NCBI GenBank assembly: GCA_004431415.1
Contig: QPMI01000582.1
Location: 100,362 to 164,361, forward strand
Direction: 5' to 3'
DNA length: 64,000 nt
From: Cyanophora paradoxa CCMP329
Lineage: Eukaryota > Plantae > Glaucophyta
Shown here piece by piece: positions 60,178 through 64,000 of this stretch (the stretch's first letter is position 1; each line of letters opens with the position of its first letter). Position numbers and translations under genes: made by a program. Below the pieces are notes generated by a model. It saw only the letters and a list, made by a program, of their open reading frames with translations. It had not been told where the DNA came from and did no database searches.

Positions 60178-62084
60178 ATGGCGTTCGGTCCGTCGCTTTC
60201 GTGGGGCCCGCTGACGCTTCTGACAGCTTTCGTGCGCAGTTGTCGCCCTCGCCGGTGCAGCGCCGACCCGCCGCGGCGTCGCACGTGCAGGCCCGAGCGG
60301 GCGGGCCTGCGTCGATCCGGCCTCGGCCCAGCGGCATGCGCCGGTCCAGAGCCGCTCTTTCATGGGCACCAGAGTGGTGGTTCGGTCGGCGGCGCGGCGG
60401 GCGGCGAGGGCGGCGGTGTTCGAGGGCGCGGCGTGCTCGGCGCGCGCGCTGGCCCGCCAAGAACCCCGAGCTCGTCTCCCGCATCGTCGACCTTCTCAAG
60501 GTCCCGCCTCGCGCCGCCGCGCTGCTCTCCGCCTATCTAACGCGGCGCCGCCGCTCGCCCGCAGCACGAGCTGCCGTCCATGTTCGAGGCGAGCGCCCCA
60601 GGCTCGCCGCCCGCACGGCGCCGGGGCGCAGCTGACGCGCGCTGCAGCCGGGCAACAGCGTGGACTACTCCATCTACGCGCAGGACGTCTTCTTCCAGGC
60701 GCGCGCCGCCCCGGCCTGCGCGCCCGCGCACCGGGGCGCGGCCCGACGGGGCGGGCGGGGCGCCGGCGCAGGACCCGCTCAACAAATTCAACGGGATCGG
60801 GAAGTACCGTCAGAACATCTCCTTCCTCCAGACCTTCTTCAAGGACAGCAAGCTCGACCTGCACGACATCTACGTGCGCGCGCCGCGCCCGGCGGCCCGG
60901 GGCGCGGAGCGGGCGCCGAGGCGGGGCGGGGCGGGGCAGACGGACGTGACGGCGGGGGGCGAGGACGTGGTGGTGACGCGGTGGACCCTCTCCATGACCG
61001 CCCCCTTCCCCTGGCGGCCCCGCCTCGCCTTCACGGGGTCCGGCCCCGTCGCCCACCCTCCCCCGGCCCCCGTCTAGGGGGGATTGAACGGCTCGCAGGA
61101 CGTCGGAGTACGTGCTCGGCCCGGAGGGCACCGTCGTCCGCCACATCGACAAGTGCGCCCCGCCGCCCCCCTGCCTCGAGCTCGCTGGGAGCCGGTGCGA
61201 CGGGGGCGGGGCGGGGGGCAGGTGGGACAGCCTGCCGGGCCCGACGGAGGGCGGCCTGCAGGACCTGCTCTCCGAGATGTTCGGGGCGGGCAGCGGGGCG
61301 CCCCTCGAGGGCTCCGCCCCTGGCGCCGGCGCCGTCGCCCAGGCCCCCTACACCCTCCTCCGCCGCTACCCCGGCTTCGAGGTCAGCCTAGCCTAGAAGC
61401 CTAGCCCCCGAGCCTAGAAGAGGGACGGGGGGATGGGGAGGAGGGGGCCCGCGCCCCGGCCTGGCGCCTCGGGCCTGGAGGGCTGAGGGGCGGGGCAGGT
61501 GCGGGAGTACGGGGCGTTCGAGGTGGTGCGGACGGCGTACACGGCGCGCCCGGCCGGCTTCTCGGCGCTGGACGCCTACCTGCACGGCAACTCGATGTCG
61601 GGGGAGGGCCTGCCCCGCTCCGCCCCCGTCATCTACGCCGTCCCCTCCGACCCCGCCTCCCCCGCCCCCAAGCGCATGGCGTACCCCGTCCCGGCGGGGG
61701 CCTCCGAGCCCCTCGACGACGACCTCGAGGTCGTACCCGTCGACTGTGCGGCCCCCGCGCCCGCCCCCTCGCGCCCGCACCCCCTCACAGTCCCCCGCGC
61801 GCCCGCGCCGCAGTCTCGCGAATCGCGGCCATCCGCTTCTCGGGCTCGGCGACCCCCGAGGCGCGCGCGCCGCGCCGCCCCCTCCGCCCCCCTCTTCTCC
61901 GCAAACCGCCTCCTCCGCCGTGCAGATCGTGGCGGCGCGGCGGCGGCAGCTGGAGCGGATGGTGAAGGCGGCGGGCCTGCGGGCGGTGGAGGAGCCGGTG
62001 CTGCGCTTCGCCCAGTACGACGCCGTGTACAGCCTCCCCTGGACCCGCCGCAACGAGGTCTGGCTCCGCCTCGAGGCCGACTAG
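60178..62084 (+). CDS. Plastid-targeted SnoaL-like (DUF2358) plus SOUL heme-binding protein, multi-exon
   Basis: MAFGPSLSW presequence; DYSIYAQDVFFQ|DPLNKFNGIGKYRQNI...TRWTLSM..FPWRPRLAFTG|TSEY...RHIDKWD; SOUL part YTLLRRYPGFE|VREY...GFSALDAYLHG...AQYDAVYSLPWTRRNEVWL. Confidence 0.88.
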
Positions 62085-62285
62085 CCCGAGGGGGCGCCGG
62101 CCAGGGCCAGGGCCCCGGCCTCCGACCGCGAGCGACGCTCGGCGCTTTTTGATCGCGTAGCTGAGAGCAATCTGCTCACAAAAGCGCGGGGGAGGGAGAG
62201 TTGCTCGCGAGCTCGGGCCGGGGGGTCAGAGCGCGTGGCCGTGGGGGGGCCTCGGGCGCGGCACGCCTCCGTGCGTGGCCAGCGG

Positions 62286-63440
62286 CTAGCGGACGCGGAC
62301 GAGCTCGACGTCGAAGACGATCGTCGCGTCGCGGTTCGTGTAGAGCACCGACCGCAGCCGCTGCCGCGCCGCGAACTGCCGGCGGCGTGGGCGGGGCGGA
62401 GGGTTGGGGCGGGGAGGGGCGCGCGTCCTGCGGCCGCGGCTCGTCGTTCTCGGAGCGGTAGCCGAGGGCGGGGGGCACAACGATGCGGCGGACGCCCCCG
62501 GCCTTCATCCCCTCCAGGCCCTCCTCCAGGCCCGGCACGACCTGAGCGGGCGTTGGCTCGCGTTGCTCAGCGAGCGGCGGCTCGGGCCCGGGGCCGCCGT
62601 GGCGGGCCTCGCCGCTGCCGTAGGTGAAGGTGAAGGGGTCGGCCACTCCGTCCTGTCTCGAGGGCCGTCAGGCACGCGCCTGTGCTCTGCGGCGCCCTCC
62701 AGGGGCGGCGCGCCTTGGCGTGGTCCCCGGTGGAGTCCAGCTTGATCCCGTTGAAGCCTGAGGCCGTTTGGCGGCGGGTGGAGGGGCGGCGGCGCGGCGG
62801 GGCGCGCCCTGCAGCCGGGAGAGGAACTGGATGGAGACGCGCGTGCCCGCCGCGGGAGCCTCCCCGCTCCCGACCTGTCGCGCGCGGCGCCGTCGGCCGC
62901 CGCGCAGGCCCGCGGCGCAGGCCGCGGCGCGTGCCGGCGCTGGCGGTGCGACGATAGGCGCGGCGCACGTCGATGTCGAAGTACTTGAGGCCGCTCTCCT
63001 TCCGCACGACCTTGCTCGGGTCGAAGCGCAGGCCCTGCGCGCCGCGCGCGCCGCGCCGCGCAGCAGATCGGCACGCGCCGCTGCATGCGGCACGGCACGC
63101 GCTGACCGCTAACCTTCAGCTTCTCCTCGAGGCGAGCTTCGAACTCCGTCGACAGCGCCAGGGCCGGCGCCGGCAGAGCGGCGACCAGGGCGAGGAACGC
63201 CCGGCGGGGGACGCTGGGCGCGGCCTCCCGCGCGGTATCCGCTTCGAATCGCCTCTACACTCGGGAACGGTCTCTGCTCGGCGTATGCGCGTAGCGCAAG
63301 GCGTGTGGGCTCACCTCGCAGCGGACGGACGGAAACGCTGGGCCACTCAACTTCCGATCTCGGCGACATGCTGCGGGCTTGAAGACGATCCCGGGCGAGC
63401 TGCTTACGCGCCCCAGCGCCGAGCCGCCCACGAAGGCCAT
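62286..63440 (-). CDS. Thylakoid-lumen FKBP-type peptidyl-prolyl isomerase with bipartite presequence, multi-exon
   Basis: MAFVGGSALG transit peptide; twin-arginine PRRAFLALVAALPAPALA signal; ESGLKYFDI, DPFTFTYGSGE|VVPGLEEGLEGMKAGGVRRIVVPPALGY, ATIVFDVELVRVR*. Confidence 0.92.
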
Positions 63441-64000
63441 TTTTTTGCGCGGCCGGGGGTATACGTTCCTAAGCCGCCTGGCCGCGGCGCGCCAGGCCGC
63501 CCCGTCCTGCCGAGGACCGTTGGCCGCACGCTATGTCAACCACGCCGGGAATCTCGCCGGCTCTCGCCGACGCGCCGTGCCTCCGATTCGAGCGTGCGCC
63601 TTGGCAAAACCCGAGCAGCAAAAGCCAGCGGCCGCTACCGAGGTTCGCAGAATCAACATCGCATACTAGTCAGCGGTCCCTTGAGTTGCCCGCCGTTCGC
63701 CACAAGGTCCGGAGCGATTTGCGATGGATGCCTCGTGCAGGGATCAACTTCGCTGATTTTATACGGTTCGCTCCAACTCCGCTAGAGCCAGCCGAGTGCG
63801 GCCTGGCGCCGGGCGGCCGCCGCGCGTACTCGCGGATTAGTGAGCCTGTGCGGTGACATTGCACGCTGTCGTGCTTCGCCTCCCCGGCCGAAATCGATCT
63901 TCGGATCTCTTGACGCACGTGCAGGAGGGCAGCTGGCCGATTCGCGTTGCCACACGAACGCGGTGCACTTGCTGGACGACCTGCACATCTTCGACCTGCA

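Overview
This is very GC-rich eukaryotic nuclear DNA with densely packed genes split by many short (about 45-150 nt) introns and several micro-exons, so the six-frame ORF track is mostly misleading; genes were reconstructed by hand-splicing. Three genes start with plastid-type presequences carrying Phe at position 3 (MAFV, MAFG, MPFA), which points to a glaucophyte/red-lineage alga (Cyanophora-like; inference). Recognisable genes: EFCAB5-like ciliary protein, WCGPC thioredoxin, RluA-type pseudouridine synthase, ADP-ribosylglycohydrolase with an inserted CBM20 starch-binding domain, GH35 beta-galactosidase, CDK8, MPPE1/Cdc1 metallophosphoesterase, a cyclic-nucleotide-binding cation channel with an atypical pore, a cyanobacteria-like plastid protein, a PX-domain protein, a dual-specificity phosphatase, an ApaH/Ppn2-like phosphatase, a SnoaL/DUF2358-SOUL protein and a thylakoid-lumen FKBP. 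The region 46.6-58.0 kb has no recognisable gene and is a three-level nest of mobile elements. An hAT-type MITE is split by a 10.5-kb element with about 550-bp terminal inverted repeats. That element carries four unrelated satellite arrays but no recognisable transposase, and its left TIR was itself hit by a second hAT MITE with a perfect 8-bp target duplication. Window-wide oddities are frequent GC-AG introns with G-rich 3' ends (some with complementary ends) and intergenic tracts saturated with short palindromes that resemble accumulated hairpin-excision footprints.
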